NCBI GenBank assembly: GCA_043228905.1
Contig: JBHGNT010000007.1
Span: 9,486,001-9,550,000 of the forward strand
Direction: 5' to 3'
DNA from: Azolla caroliniana
Lineage: Eukaryota > Plantae > Polypodiophyta
Length of the DNA: 64,000 nt
Positions 24,121 through 37,900 of this stretch are shown here, in pieces. Numbering within the stretch: the first letter of the stretch is position 1; every line of letters begins with the position of its first letter. The position numbers were made by a program, and so were the translations under genes. Under the pieces are notes generated by a model. The model was given only the letters and a program-made list of their open reading frames with translations, was not told where the DNA came from and did no database searches.

Positions 24121-24559
24121 TGTGTTACCGGCCGGCAAAGGAGTCCAAAGTGGGAAACGGAGAGCTAATTAAGTAGTAGGAATGTGGTTGTAATTAAGCT
24201 ATGAGTGTGGACGGACGGACCGGAACGGTGTGCCGTTCCGGATCCGGACCGATCCCGAACAGGTGCGGATGGCACCGTTTTGTAATACAGACCGAAAACC
24301 TATTTAAAGGCCCGGATACAATGTAATAGTTAGCGGTTAATTAATGAAAGCTTAAGCGTTGTTATATCTCTGTGTTAATTGCCGTTCTGTCTTAATTGTT
24401 ATATCTTACGCGTGTTATGAAGACGATCCTAATAAGTAACTTGATTAAGTCGGATTAAGTGTTGAAGTCTAATCCGGTTGCCGTGACACCCTTTGGTGAA
24501 GTGTCTCCCGTAGACACCCTATGTTAGGCCATTGTCCGGCCCGAAGAGTTAACAAATAT

Positions 24560-27500
24560 ACTATCAATTGAGAACCTAGTTGAATCAGAAGTTCTGCTTA
24601 CGACTGAAGAATCGAGCACGTGGCTCTTAGATTTGGGTGCGTCCTTTCATGTGACTTCTCATCGATCCCAATTTCGGCAATACACGACCCAACATTCCGA
24701 CTCAGTTCGAGTAGGAAATTCACAACACTGTGACATAATTGGAATTGGCACAATAGAGCTCAACCTTGCGGGTGGCTCTACATTAGTACTACCCAATGTA
24801 CGACATGTACCTGAGCTCTCAAGTCCACTGATCTCAGTCGGACAATTGGATGAAGACGGCATCCGTGTCGGCTTCTCATTAGGAGGGTGGACACTCCACA
24901 AAGGGAACCTCCTGCTTGCTCGAGGACTGAAGATACACTCATTGTATCCTTTGCACATCACACTTAGAGAGGGTGACTTGTTTTTGGTTGACATTCCCGT
25001 GTCATCACTCTGGCATGGACGACTCGGACACCTCAACAAGACCAGCATCAGGCACTTATCTAGAGCCGGATACATCCCCAAACTCTCCTTCTCAGATCAT
25101 CAATTCTGCGAGCAGTGCCAATACGGCAAATAGATAGCCGTAACACACCCTTCAACTGCCCCGAGAGAATCGAGTCCGCTCGATTTGGTCCCCTTGGACG
25201 TATGTGGTCCTATGCCACATCAATCTCTCGGTGGTGCTTTGTATTTTGCCAGCTTCATTGACGACTCGACTCGGAAGGTGTGGGCTTATCCAATCAAAAC
25301 CAAATATCGTGTTTTCTTGATATTTTCCGATTGGCTCGCCATGGTTGAGAATCAGTCCGGCCGAAAATTGAAAATCTTTCGGTCCTATAACGAGGGAGAG
25401 TTCAAATTAGAGGAATTCGTCAAATTTTGCCGACAACGCGGCATATGACGTGAATTCACAGCACCTCATAGTCCAGAGCAGAATGGAATTGCCAAGCGAA
25501 TGAATCGGACAATTCAAGAAAGGATAGTTTCCATGCTCCAACACTCTGGACTGTCGGATGGCTTTTGGGGCAGAGGCCCTACTTACGACAATACACATAA
25601 TCAATATGTTGCCGAGTACGCCTCTTGGACTTCGGATCCCTCAGGAACTATGGACCGGTAGTAAGCCGAATTACGACAAGCTGAGGATTTTCGGATGCGA
25701 GGCGTATGCCCTCATCCCGAAAGATGATTGCCGCAAACTTGCACCAAGGTCCAGGAAATGTATTTTCCTCGGTTATGGAACAAATGGCAAAATGGGATAC
25801 CGACTCTGGGACCCCGAACACAGACAGATCGTCCGAAGTTTGGACGTCGTGCTCAATGAGTCGGTCATGCATCAATTGGTCGAAAAATCAATCGAACTCT
25901 GAAGGGTAATTTTTTCCGATGTGCCAACCCTTCACGAAGGCCCAACGCAGAACACATGGTCAGCTTAACGGGTAGCTGAACCTTCTAACACCAACTCGGA
26001 GAATTTCCGACTCGGCATAGCCGACTGATTCGGCTTTGGACCATCCGACCACGACACCCGATGCGACTAGTCCAATCATACCTCGAAGATCCGAGAGACT
26101 GTCGCAACCCCCAGAGAGATACTCTCTTGGCATCTTCTTTACGAACGCCGAAGAACCGACGTCATACGAAGAAGCATCTGCGTCAGCCAATTCTCCCACC
26201 TGGCATCTGGCAATGGAGTCCAAAATGAACTCCATTCACGCAAACAAAACTTGGGACTTGGTCGAATTACCAAAAAATCGACGTGCTCTTTCATGCAAGT
26301 GGGTCTATCGAATTAAGGAGACATCCAATTCGGCCAACCCAAAATTCAAAGCCAGATTAGTAGCAAAGGGTTTTCGACATGAACACAATGTCGATTTCGA
26401 CGAAATCTTTTCGCCCGTGGTGAAGATGACAACCCTTCGATTCATGCTCGGTGTAGTGGCAACCAAAAATTTGGAGCTGATTCAACTAGATGTCAAAACG
26501 GCTTTCCTCCATGGTGATCTTGAGGAGGAAATTTATCTGGAGCGGCCGAAAGGCTTTGTGGCATTCGGCCAAGAACATCTAGTCTGCCGACTCAGGAAGA
26601 GTCTTTACGGCCTGAAACAGGCACCACGACAGTGGTAGAAGAAGTTCGACGACTTCATCCAATCGATAAACTTCTCAAAGAGCTATGAGCTTTGAGAACC
26701 ACTATCTCTTCACGAAAACAACTCGAGATGGGTCACCCATCTTCCTCATCATCTACGTAGACGACATGCTAATCTCTGGATGCCATGTTGGTGAACTAAC
26801 CGAACTCGTTCGACAACTGCGGTTGAAGTTTGCCATGAAGGATCTCGGTCTGGCACGACACATTCTTGGTATGAAGATAAGTCGGAATCGTAATCAACAA
26901 CAATTGTTTTTGTCCCAGTCTAACTACATTGGACGTGTCCTCAAACGTTCAACATGGAATCAGTGAAATCTTCCTCTACCCCGCTCCCTATTCATACTCG
27001 GCTATCTCAGCAAGACTGTTTGGCATCGGGTTCGGAGGGGGAAATTATGAAGTCGGTACCATATGCACCGGTAGTTGGCTCCCTAATGTACGCGATGGTC
27101 GTGACACGGCCTGATATCGCTCACGTTGTTGGATTTGTCATCAGATTTATGCATAATCCTGGACGATCACACTGGAATGCAGTCAAGTATGTTTAGATAT
27201 CTGGTGGGCAGCAAAGACTTTGGTATTCTATTCGGCCCGAACGACATCTCAGGCGTAGTTGGATACACCGACTCGGACTCTACAAGTTGCATAGACAACC
27301 GTAAATCGACAACCAGATATTGTTTTAAACTCAGCAATGGAGCGATCTCATAGAAATCGAAACTTCAGGAGTGCATCGCCACATCAACGATTGAGGCCGA
27401 ATACGTAGCCACGTCGGATGCGGCAAAAGAGGCCTTCTGGCTCGGTTGGCTAGCTTGCACATTTCGACAAGCCGAAATCGGCTCGGCTCCAATTGTTTAC

Positions 27501-27571
27501 AGTGACAATCAGGGTGTTGTTGCTCTGTCGAAAAATCCGGTTCATCACAACACCTCCAAGCATATCAACAT
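24560..27571 (+). pseudogene. Copia-B pol (PR, IN, RT, start of RNase H), degenerate
   Basis: WLLDLGASFH, LWHGRLGH, DVCGP, DVKTAFLHG, LRKSLYGLKQAP, YVDDML, SKHI. Confidence 0.92.
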
Positions 27572-28247
27572 TGTCATGATGTTGTGTGTCCAATGGGGGA
27601 AATTGTGAAATAGTGTGGTTCCACACACATTATATACATGATTATAAATATGAAAATTAGCGTAGGGTCTAATGACATTCAAGTGCATATAGAAGGGTGC
27701 AAGCAAGATTTGAACCTTGCACTTCTAAGATAGGAAGCAATTATCTTACTACTAAGTACTTTAAATTTTGTATATTTCCTTCTCATATTCAGTATTCCAT
27801 AGGAAAACAAACATACAAAACCATGTACACAAAACCATGGTTTTAGCCTATGGTTTTGTGCATGCCACAAGGAAAATCGTGTGCCCAAAAACCATGGGTT
27901 CAAGCCCATGGTTTTGTGCATGTTAGAAGGGTGGATAGACCTATAAAAACCCTCACAAGGCTTGTGTAAGGGGGGATCAATCAATGGATGAATCAAACAA
28001 TCTATGAATCAAATCGAAAATTAATAATAAGAAAACTTAGTTATCTTATTGGTGATGTGTATTTATCTATCTATCTATCTTAACAACTTCCTCAATGTTT
28101 GTTTCTCTCTTTCTCACTCTAACCACATTAGTGCGTCACTTCAGCCGCCCATCATCCATAACCACGAGCGGATAGAGGCCGGTGTTTGTCCGCGCTTGTG
28201 ACGCGCACATTCCGACGTTTGGCACGTGTGTCACGCGCCACGCGACA
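27572..28247. mobile_element. Solo LTR inserted in the Copia-B RNase H region
   Basis: TGTCATG...CGCGACA termini; flanks ACAT/ATGT fit a CpG-decayed ACGT 4-bp TSD; removal restores SKHINV-RYHF. Confidence 0.8.
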
Positions 28248-28251
28248 ATGT

Positions 28252-28316
28252 TCGATATCATTTCATTTGGGACTGCGTCATTACAGGGAAAATTGGTCTA
28301 GAGAAAATATTGACAA
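28252..28316 (+). pseudogene. Copia-B RNase H segment between two insertions
   Basis: Translates as RYHFIWDCVITGKIGLEKI. Confidence 0.85.
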
Positions 28317-30221
28317 CCCGGGGGCTCCACTATATATAAAGAGGTTATATCACGTGCGTTCGCGACACCTTTTATAAACCCCTTATACGTATGTTTTTTA
28401 CTATTTTAGATACCCTTCTATAAAAATATGGTTAATAAAAATACCCCTTAGTGCCAATATATATTTTGACAACGACTCATTTTAAATGCCCTTACATAGA
28501 AGACACATGTATGTTTTATACATGTGTGTATGTAAGTATTATATTGTATTGCATATGTTGTATATATTTTATGTATGTATGTGTTATGTGTGTGTTCATA
28601 TGTATGTATTCCATTGCATGTATGTATTATATTGTATGTGTGGTATATCTTAGTTGTATAACATGTGTGTATGTATCTATGTGTTATGTGTGTATGTGTG
28701 TAGGGGCTCGTGTCTATTTGCACCTAAATCATAGATATTCTTTTACTAATAAAGACTCAAGAGTTCATTATTTGGTTTGATAGTTATTCTATATTTAAAC
28801 TTTATGAAATTCATCAACAATCATCATGAATACCCCATCACTACAAGAAGTTCCTTCAAATGCTCAATAACTTCTCACATCACAACATTATTTAACTAGG
28901 AAGAGATTAATATATGACTGATTCAATATGTGAAGCTTATCAAGCATATATGTGCTACATGGGTCAAGCCACATTTACCATACATATCAATCACATTATT
29001 GGCAATACAACATCTCTTTCTAATACACCTTTTCCTTAGATTATATAGTTTGCAACAAACAAACACATGCAAAACCAACTTGCTATAATAATGACATATA
29101 ATGTTTCAAACAAACAATAATTCATTAGATGAGAGGAAAGTAATATATTACAACACATGCAATGATTTATTTATCAATCTCCTTCCTTTACAACAAGTAG
29201 AAATGAGGACCTTGCATTCTCCTAATGATGTAGCACCGAGAAAGATGAATACAATGTTAGGTGATAATAAAAATCCACATACACGGTTAGTGAAGATTAA
29301 AGTGGATGGGATTCGATGAATAAACACCCACTTGGCTTCAAAAATGTTCATAATAAATGTGAACCTCCAAATCCAAAAAGTCATGAAGGGAATGAAGACT
29401 ATCCATACTTATAGAGAAAGCACCACCATCATGAGCTCCCCATGAGGCTTCTCAAGACCAAAAGAGCTCTTCTTGCCTGTGAAATGACAATAACAAATAC
29501 ACAAATTAACATGGAAAAAAAGAAAATGAGATGGATGGCTACCAATGCATGTGTGCATGCATTCATACATGCATACAAATAGACACATACAAACACAACC
29601 ATGCATATGCAAATACACATGCACACTTATGAATATGGTAAAAAATTGATATGGTACTAAACCAGTAACCCTCGAAAAGTGGTTTGGATCCTAATGGCCA
29701 CAAATTCTCGCCTTCTTGTAGCTCATCCTACACATCCTTGCTTGCCAAAGGAGGGCCACTTTGAAGAGGTCGATCATGCTCATGGCTCCTTCTCTCTTGC
29801 TCTCTTTGCTTTCTTTTCCCCTCTCTCTCTCGCAAACCAAAGCAACTCACTTACTATTGATAACTCCAAAATGTAAACATACATACATCCATGTCATGAA
29901 GAAAAAACCCTTATAAATAAATTCCCAATAGCCACTTTTTTAAAGCAATTAGACTCAATAAAGTGGAAAAAAGCCGAATGCAAAATGCAAACAAAAAGAC
30001 ACTATTTCTACTCTAATAGTTTATTTAATTAGTTATTATCAAACAATGAGAATCCCATGTCATCATTGCTTTCCTCTTGTTTCTCTTTTACTTCTTCCTT
30101 CTCTTCTACAATAGGAGCACCACCACTACCCCACCCCCAACCAATGTTATTGCTCCACTAGACACAAAGCCGCCCCTCCTCCACCGCCAATGATTACCTG
30201 GAAGACCAATCCAAAAGTGCT

Positions 30222-30259
<38 letters not shown>

Positions 30260-30590
30260 TATAAACAAGTGCTAAAGATTGAAGGAAGAATCAGCAGATC
30301 CCTCAAGGCAACCTCCATCCTCAGAAGCAAGGTGTTGCTTAGCACTCCAAGAGCCGTTGCCGCTTCTGCCAATGAAGGTGAAGACAACCATAAATACAAG
30401 TAACCTTGTCTCTTTCTATCTCGTTCCTCTCTGAGAAAAAAGAAGAGAAGAAGTTAACAAATATGAATCTCTCTCTCTCTCTCTCTCTCTCTCTGGTGAA
30501 AACACTCAATTATCTTAATAAATGTGTGTGAAAAACACTACTTACAATACGTGTGACAATGGAGTATGGTCACACACTAACCACACTACA

Positions 30591-33500
30591 CTACATGGGT
30601 AGTGGAACATGTTGAATTGCCAATAGGCAAGACAAACACTCCACCAGGGAAAGAATTTCCACTTGTTCCAATAAAGAAATTTGCCACATTAGTACTCCCT
30701 TCAACTTTCGTAGATATGCTTTCACTCCATGTCTACCATCGAATACAAAAGCGTTGCGCATGTTCCAATTATGATGCAATCCCCAATATCTCAGAAATAG
30801 GAAAACAATCTCCATCTCTGATTTTGGGTCAGCCTGTGTAAATTGTGCAAACACCCATTGTTTAGGTGTCAAATAACTCCATGATAAAACTTGCCAAATT
30901 TGAGAAATGTAACTCCAAATTTGACAAGCAATTGGACATTGTATAAATCGATGAGTATTATCTTCTATTTGAACTGTGCAAAAGAAGCAGGTACCTGTTG
31001 CTAGTCCACGATGCTTTAAAGCTAATCCCAAAGGCAATCCTCCGATCAAAACTCTCCAAATGAATACCTTTGCAACAAGTGGCAATTTAGAATGCCAACT
31101 ACGTTGTAAGATCTGCCACCACCCATGATCAGATTTCTGTATTTTCCATTCTTCTTCAGCCTTAGATGATAACCATCCAAGAGACTCAACGGAACAATGA
31201 TACAAAAGATTAGTAGTCACTTGTAACAATGGTGTTTGACCCCTTAAACTCCAATCAATCCACGGTTGTTCTCCTGTTTGTAGAGGTAAGGGACCTTGCA
31301 TCAATGCAATATTCTGTAGTTGCTGCCAAATAAACCCATAATTAGGCAGGATGTGTAATAATTGTCGTGCTTCAGTAAACTCCAAAATTCTTTGAGATGG
31401 AACCTCAACTATATCTCTCACCTCTTTGACCCCCAAACGAAACAAACAATTAAATTGAGAACGCAATCTCTCCTTTCCTGGCCAACATAATAACCGAGAA
31501 GACACAAGTAACTCTTTTTGCAAAGAGTTACAATGCTCTCTACTAGATGATGGTTTCCATACACATAACAAGAGTGCTTCTTGCCATGAGGTAACTAAGT
31601 GTTGAACACATGAAAAACCCGAAATCCTAAGTGAAATACATCCATTCAGTAATTGCCACCATGAAGCCTTAATCATTGTCCTCCCATGTGTTAAACCCTT
31701 GTTCTCAATGAAATATCGAACAATAGATATCCATGGTTGTGAGTTTGAACACATTTCTTGTAATAATGAAAATCTACGATCCATCATATGCATAGATAAG
31801 TTCAATATTCCAACCCCCCCCAATCGCTTAGGGGTTGCTAGATGATTCCAAGCAATCCATGTGATTCCCATCTTATCCCTCTTCTTCCACAACAAATATC
31901 GAAGAGGTTGCAAAACAGAATTCAACGCCTTCTTTGTCCATGGCAATAATGGCAAGTAATATAATATCATGGGTTCCATAATACATTGTACAACCTTCAA
32001 GCGAACATGAAATGGCCAAGATTGTGACTTCCAATACATGAACTTATCCCTCAACTTACTAGACATCCATTCAATCAATTAACCATTTGTAACATTCATT
32101 CCTAATGGATAGCCCAAGTGTCGAAAAATAGAGCCTTTCTTCACCATGGATCCTTGCCATCCTAAACATTCCAAATCCCTTTTAGTGCATGATATGAGAC
32201 TAGACTTCCTCCAATTAATATGTAATCCGGAAGCCAATGCAAACTGATTCCATACAAGCATCCCCTTCTCAAGATTCTCCCGTGAGGCTTGTAAAAACAT
32301 GAAAGAATCATCCGCCAAAGCTTGTGCTACTATTTGCCCGCCGGACGGAAGGTGTAAACCCACAATGTCACCATTTATTGCAAGTCTTGATAGCATCACT
32401 AACAAAGGATGAGTAACAATACCAAACAACAATGGGCTAAGAGGGCATCCTTGACGAACGGATCTTGTGAGGGCAATATCTGATGTAACTCCCCCATTAA
32501 GCATTACTCGAGACACTGCATCTTGTCCAAGTAATAAAAATATGAGGCGAGACATACGAGGTCCAAAGCCCATTGTATGCATTAACCCAGAAACAAAAGA
32601 CCAATTAACATGATCATAAGCTTTCTCCAAATCTAATTGCACCATAATCAATTCTTGATGAGTGTTCCGAGCATAATCCAAGGCCATTTGAACATTCAAC
32701 ACATTATGCAATATATTTCTACCTGCAATAAAACCATATTGGGCGGGGTGTATCAACTTTGGCAAATACTTTTGTAATCTATTTGCCAAGACCTTCGTAA
32801 ATATCTTGTACAACCCCCTCATCAAAGAAATAGGTCTCCATTGATGAAATGACTCAGGAGATGCCACCTTTGGAACTAGTTTAATTAGACCAATCTTCCA
32901 AGCTTGAGGCATACAACCAGAATCCCAAGATTGTTGAAACATCAAAGTCAAGGGCCCCTTTAAAATGTTGGAATATCTCTTAAAAACTTCATTTGTCAAG
33001 CCATCCCAACCAGGGCTCTTACCACTAGGAAGATGCCTTAAAACTACATCCACCTCATCCAATTCATGACTAATGAGATCATGCACAATACATCCAACCA
33101 CATCATAAAAATCATGACGTGCTCTACTCACCTCATCTGTCATTAACAATTGTGGACCAATCAACTCCTTAAAGTAATGAAGACATATGTCAATTATTGT
33201 TGTAGGATCCACTATCAATTCATCCCCTTGCTTCACATGTACCACATTAGATCGAGCATAAGTAGGATGTAATGCTTGGAAAAACAAATGAGATTGACAT
33301 TGATTATCAATGAGTCCTTCCTTGAGTTGTCGCATCTTAGCATAACGATAACTTTGGCATTGCAACTGAGAAATAATAACATGCAATTGACTCTGAATAT
33401 CCAAAAGCTCCTCATGTAATGGTGTATGTATCAATAATGCATTACACCTAGAGAGAACTCGTGAGAATTGTCGAATAAGACCTCTTCTTGGTTGAGCATT

Positions 33501-34268
33501 GGTTACTCCATACATACGATGAATGATGTTAATGTTTCGTAATGTGATATCCCATGCTTTAACTCCTTTAAGATTCACTTGTTGAGAAAAATTTACCAAA
33601 ATTTGCTCCATGAGAGAATCAAAGTGAGGTTGAAGCAAAAGAGAAGAGTTAAAGCGTAGTGGAGGCTTTCCAAGTAAAGATTTATACATGTCAATTGCAT
33701 GATTACACACCTCCAAGAAAATAGGAAAGTGATCTGAAGTTCCAACATCTTGTAGAACGTTCATACGAAGTGATGTCGGTAAAAAAGAATCATCATGCAT
33801 CACATACATTCTATCTAACCGACTCCATGTTTGTTTATGTTGAGCAGATTGGAAGGTAAAACCTGGATCATTCCCTTGAAACCATGTCCAAACATCCAAC
33901 TTCAGAACCTCCATAGCCAATGAGTCCCAAGCAAGTTGCTCCGGATCATCCATGATTGAATGTTCAGACATGGATTGAAATGCATCAACACACATGTTAA
34001 ATTCGCCCATAAGTAATCCTAGAAGTCCAATAGATAGGGTTTGAAGGAGTGAACCCCATAATGCAATATGTTGAGTGGCTTGGTTAGGGGCATAAATCCC
34101 AACCACCCACACAAACTCGCCAAAAAAAGTGATTTATAGAACCAAAAACCGACCGTAAGGATCAATATGCACTAGTTGAGGATAATACTTATCCGTCACG
34201 ATTAATACCACACTTGAATAATGATTATTAAGATGTCCTGCATAAAATGATGAATATCCACGCAAATG
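30591..34268 (-). pseudogene. L1 ORF2, 3' part (endonuclease C-half, RT, zf-RVT)
   Basis: GIYAP, SRLDRMY, SDHFP, KSPGWDG, WRPISL, DLEKAYD, RQGCPLSP, LADD, CFFC...HRFIQCP; in-frame stop at 32079-32081. Confidence 0.93.
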
Positions 34269-34922
34269 CATTGTGTTGTCCAGAGGACAGAAATGTAAAA
34301 TTAGGAAATTAGCAAACGCCGAGTCCGAGTATCACGGGCCACCGATGGCTCGGTTGTGTGTTAGGGGAAAAGTTATTTAAACGAGGAGCTGTACCTCAGA
34401 AAAGGGGGAGAGAGAAAAATATAGGCGGAAGCAGTAGCTTAGTCATTCGTAATTAGATAAACTCGTAAGGTCACCGGCCATAGGCCGTGTTTTGTAACCC
34501 TTTTCTGCCATAGTAATATATCTTAATTGTGCCTATTTTTGCTGCATCAGTCTGTGGTTCGATCTATACCTATGAGTTTCACGCCGCCACATCCATCAAA
34601 ACCTCGCTAGTGTTTTCTCTCTGAGCCCTATATCTCTCTCGACGCCTCTGTACGAGCCTTCACGTACCACACCCTTGAAGACTGATAGACGCAGATCTAT
34701 CGAAGGTGTTCACCCAAAGGAACGGGTAACACAATTTGGCACGCCCGGTTACAGTTGTGAGTGCACAACGAACTTCGTTGAAGGTAACCACCAGCCGCCG
34801 TTACGGCGTCCTCTCGCACCACGAGGTCTCGGCCACCTGCCCGACACCCTGAGCCAGTCGAAGGAACTTCCGACTCGGCAGTCACTGACCAATCCTTTCC
34901 CGATCAATCGGGGGCTTGTCCA

Positions 34923-37900
34923 GTGCAATCCTCGCCACCGGACACTCGATCGCGAGTGGATTCACCACCAAAACCCCCGTCGAGCCCTCCGGAGGTCAAT
35001 CAACCGGAACTAAACCCTTTTCCGGCGCTACCAGAAGAACCGCAGTACGAGATCATGCCGTACCCATACCCACGATATGCCGACGGACCTGACGCGGAGT
35101 CACACGTCCGTGCCTTCATATCCACGTGGCAGGCTAACCACTCCATGCACCACCTCACACCGGCCGAAATCGATGCCTCGAAGATTCCCGAGTTCACACT
35201 CTCCCTCGATGGACCGGCCGCACGATGGTACTCTCGTCTCGAAATAGGAGAGGCAACCACTTTCCAAATCGTGCGCACAAAGTTCCTTGAACTTTTTCAT
35301 CGCGAGGTGCGTAAACGGGAACTGCTACAACAATTCTTCTCTATATGCCAGGAACCGCACGAAACGGTCACACAATTCACGATCCGATTCCAGGATCTCT
35401 ACAGACAAGTGGTCGATGATGTCTCGGCACAACATATACCGGACACTTTCCTATCCAGTTTACGAGAGCCTCTATGAACGACTCTCGCACTTACAAATTT
35501 CGCCAACCATACTATCGAACAAGTCATAGCGCGCGTTCTCGCCCTCGATCGGAACCAGCACGGCACGGCCTTCTCGATGACATCCTTGCAAAACGCTCTT
35601 CCCCAAGAGGACAATCGCTTTCGCCAAGCCCTCCAATGCACTGTGTGTTCAGGATCAGGGCACCTGGCCCTCGAATGTCCCCACCGACCACAGTGTCTGA
35701 TCTGTCAGTCTCGAGCTCACACGGTCGAGCAGTGCGAATATAATATGTTGAACCGCACAACGGCAGCACCGGTCCGCCAGATCGAGCCACGCAATACATA
35801 CTCTCGGCAGGACGAGCGATATATCTACCGCGACCAGGATAATGACCAACCGCAATCCCCGGATCGATGGCGCCGAAACGACGACTACCAACGTGATAAT
35901 CGTCGTGATTATTATCGCGATGACCGGCACGACGATTATGCTCGATACGATGACGATCGCGATGATCGGTATGACCGAAGGAACTCACGCATGGATAGGC
36001 GAAACGGCAATCGCAACACACGCAACAACAAAAGACCAAATCACAACCGCTGACGGGACGTTCCTCAACATGACCAGCGCAACTCCAACGCACCTCGAAA
36101 CAACCCACCACCAAACGAAACCGAGGATCAACAACAACAGCTTCCACACACAGACCGAGCGGACACCAGCAGCTCGGCCAACGTGACATGTTTTAAATGT
36201 AACCAACCAGGCCACTACGCCACGCAATGTTCGACAACCAACCGTGGCAAGGCACCCGCGGTAAACAGTATCATGGCTGATGTTCAAACGGTCACTACCC
36301 GGAGTAAAGCGCAGACGACGCAGTGGCAAATCCAGGATGAAGTACGACAGGCAGCAAAAGAATGGGTCGACACGGCCAATAAAAATAATGCCGCATGCAT
36401 GCAAACTGACATGAAGGACGGGCCCAGTCAAGTACCACAAACCCCGGCACCAGCCATGTCGGAGGAGGACAACCAGCTATGGGATGTTCTTACCAACTCC
36501 CGCATCTCGCTGCCCCTACATAAACTACTACCACTCATGCCGAGATTTCGGGACACCCTGGCGGCACTACAGGCCAATACTAAGGCCGTGACACCACCGG
36601 TACACCTCACCGAAGCAGGAACCGGTCCACCACTCATGGATTCTCAGAACCCAGCCGTGCGAATCATCATTAAGGGACAAGACCTGCATGGATGCATCAT
36701 CGACGGCGGATCCGGCGTAAACATTATTAGCGAAGCAACGTGTCTCAAACTCGGCCTGAATCAATGGGAACCATGCCCCTTTTGGCTTCGGATGGCCGAC
36801 ACCCGCTCCGTTCGCCCCATTGGTTTAATCCGCCATCTCGACTTCACACTCGGAGGCCACATGTTCACGATCTCGGCCGTCGTGCTACGACTGGAGACAC
36901 AAGGCGCCTACCCAATGTTACTAGGTCGACCATGGTTGCGTACAACGAATATCAAGCAACATTGGCAACGCAACATGATCTCGTTCCGAAGAGGGAAGAC
37001 AAAAGTCCGAATCATCACTGAAGAACGAGTCCCCGTCGCCGTCAACACTTCACCGTTATACGCAAAAGGGGTCCATATGCTTGACGGATTGGCCGATGAG
37101 GAGGTCGATGACTTCCTAGATGATCATCCCACGATCATTCCTCTCTTCGAAATCAATGCCTTACCAACCATCGAGCCATCTAAAGACGAAGAAGTCACGG
37201 AGGAGTCACCACCCCAGGATGAACCCGATGCAACCACAGTTGTCGAGCTACATCATGCTCGGGAGGCTTTCGAACGCGAACTCGCCATTTCACAACAAGT
37301 GAAAGCATCAACCTTGGAAACAATAAACCTCGGTTCGGACGAGAATCCCCGTACGGTACAAATTGCCAACAATCTACCAACCGCCGAACGGGCATGTCTT
37401 GTAAAATTACTCACCGACTACCAGGATGTTTTCGCTTGGTCTTACACCGATATGAAGGGGCTGGATCCTCAATACTACCAACATCAAATTCACATCTTAC
37501 CCGACACTCGGCCGGTTCAGCAGAGGCGCTACAGGATGAACCCCAACTACGCCGCTAAAGTCAAAGAGGAAATTGACAAGTTACTCCGAGTGGGCTTCAT
37601 TCGCCTTGTTAAATGGGCTACATGGTTGAGCCCAATCGTAGTGGTCCCAAAGAAGAACGGAAAAATCCGCGTCTGCGTCGACTATCGGAAGCTTAATGCG
37701 GCAACTGTCACCGACGGTTTCCCTCTCCCATTCACGGATAGCGTCCTCGACACGGTAGCCGGCCACGAATGCTACAGTTTCCTCGACGGGTTCAACGGCT
37801 ATAACCAAATAAGAATGCACCCGGAGGATCAGGAGAAAACCGCTTTCGTCACGGAATGGGGTGTTTTTGTAGCAGAAGTCATGATGTTCGGTCTAAAAAC

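Larger units (their letters stand above)
11289..24554 (+). mobile_element. Ty3/gypsy non-chromovirus LTR retrotransposon A with 3' extra ORF and no PPT
   Basis: 432-bp LTRs at 11289-11720 and 24123-24554 (TG...CA, about 11 substitutions by eye); 5-bp TSD AATAT; PBS-like TGGCGACCACG at 11728-11738. Confidence 0.95.
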
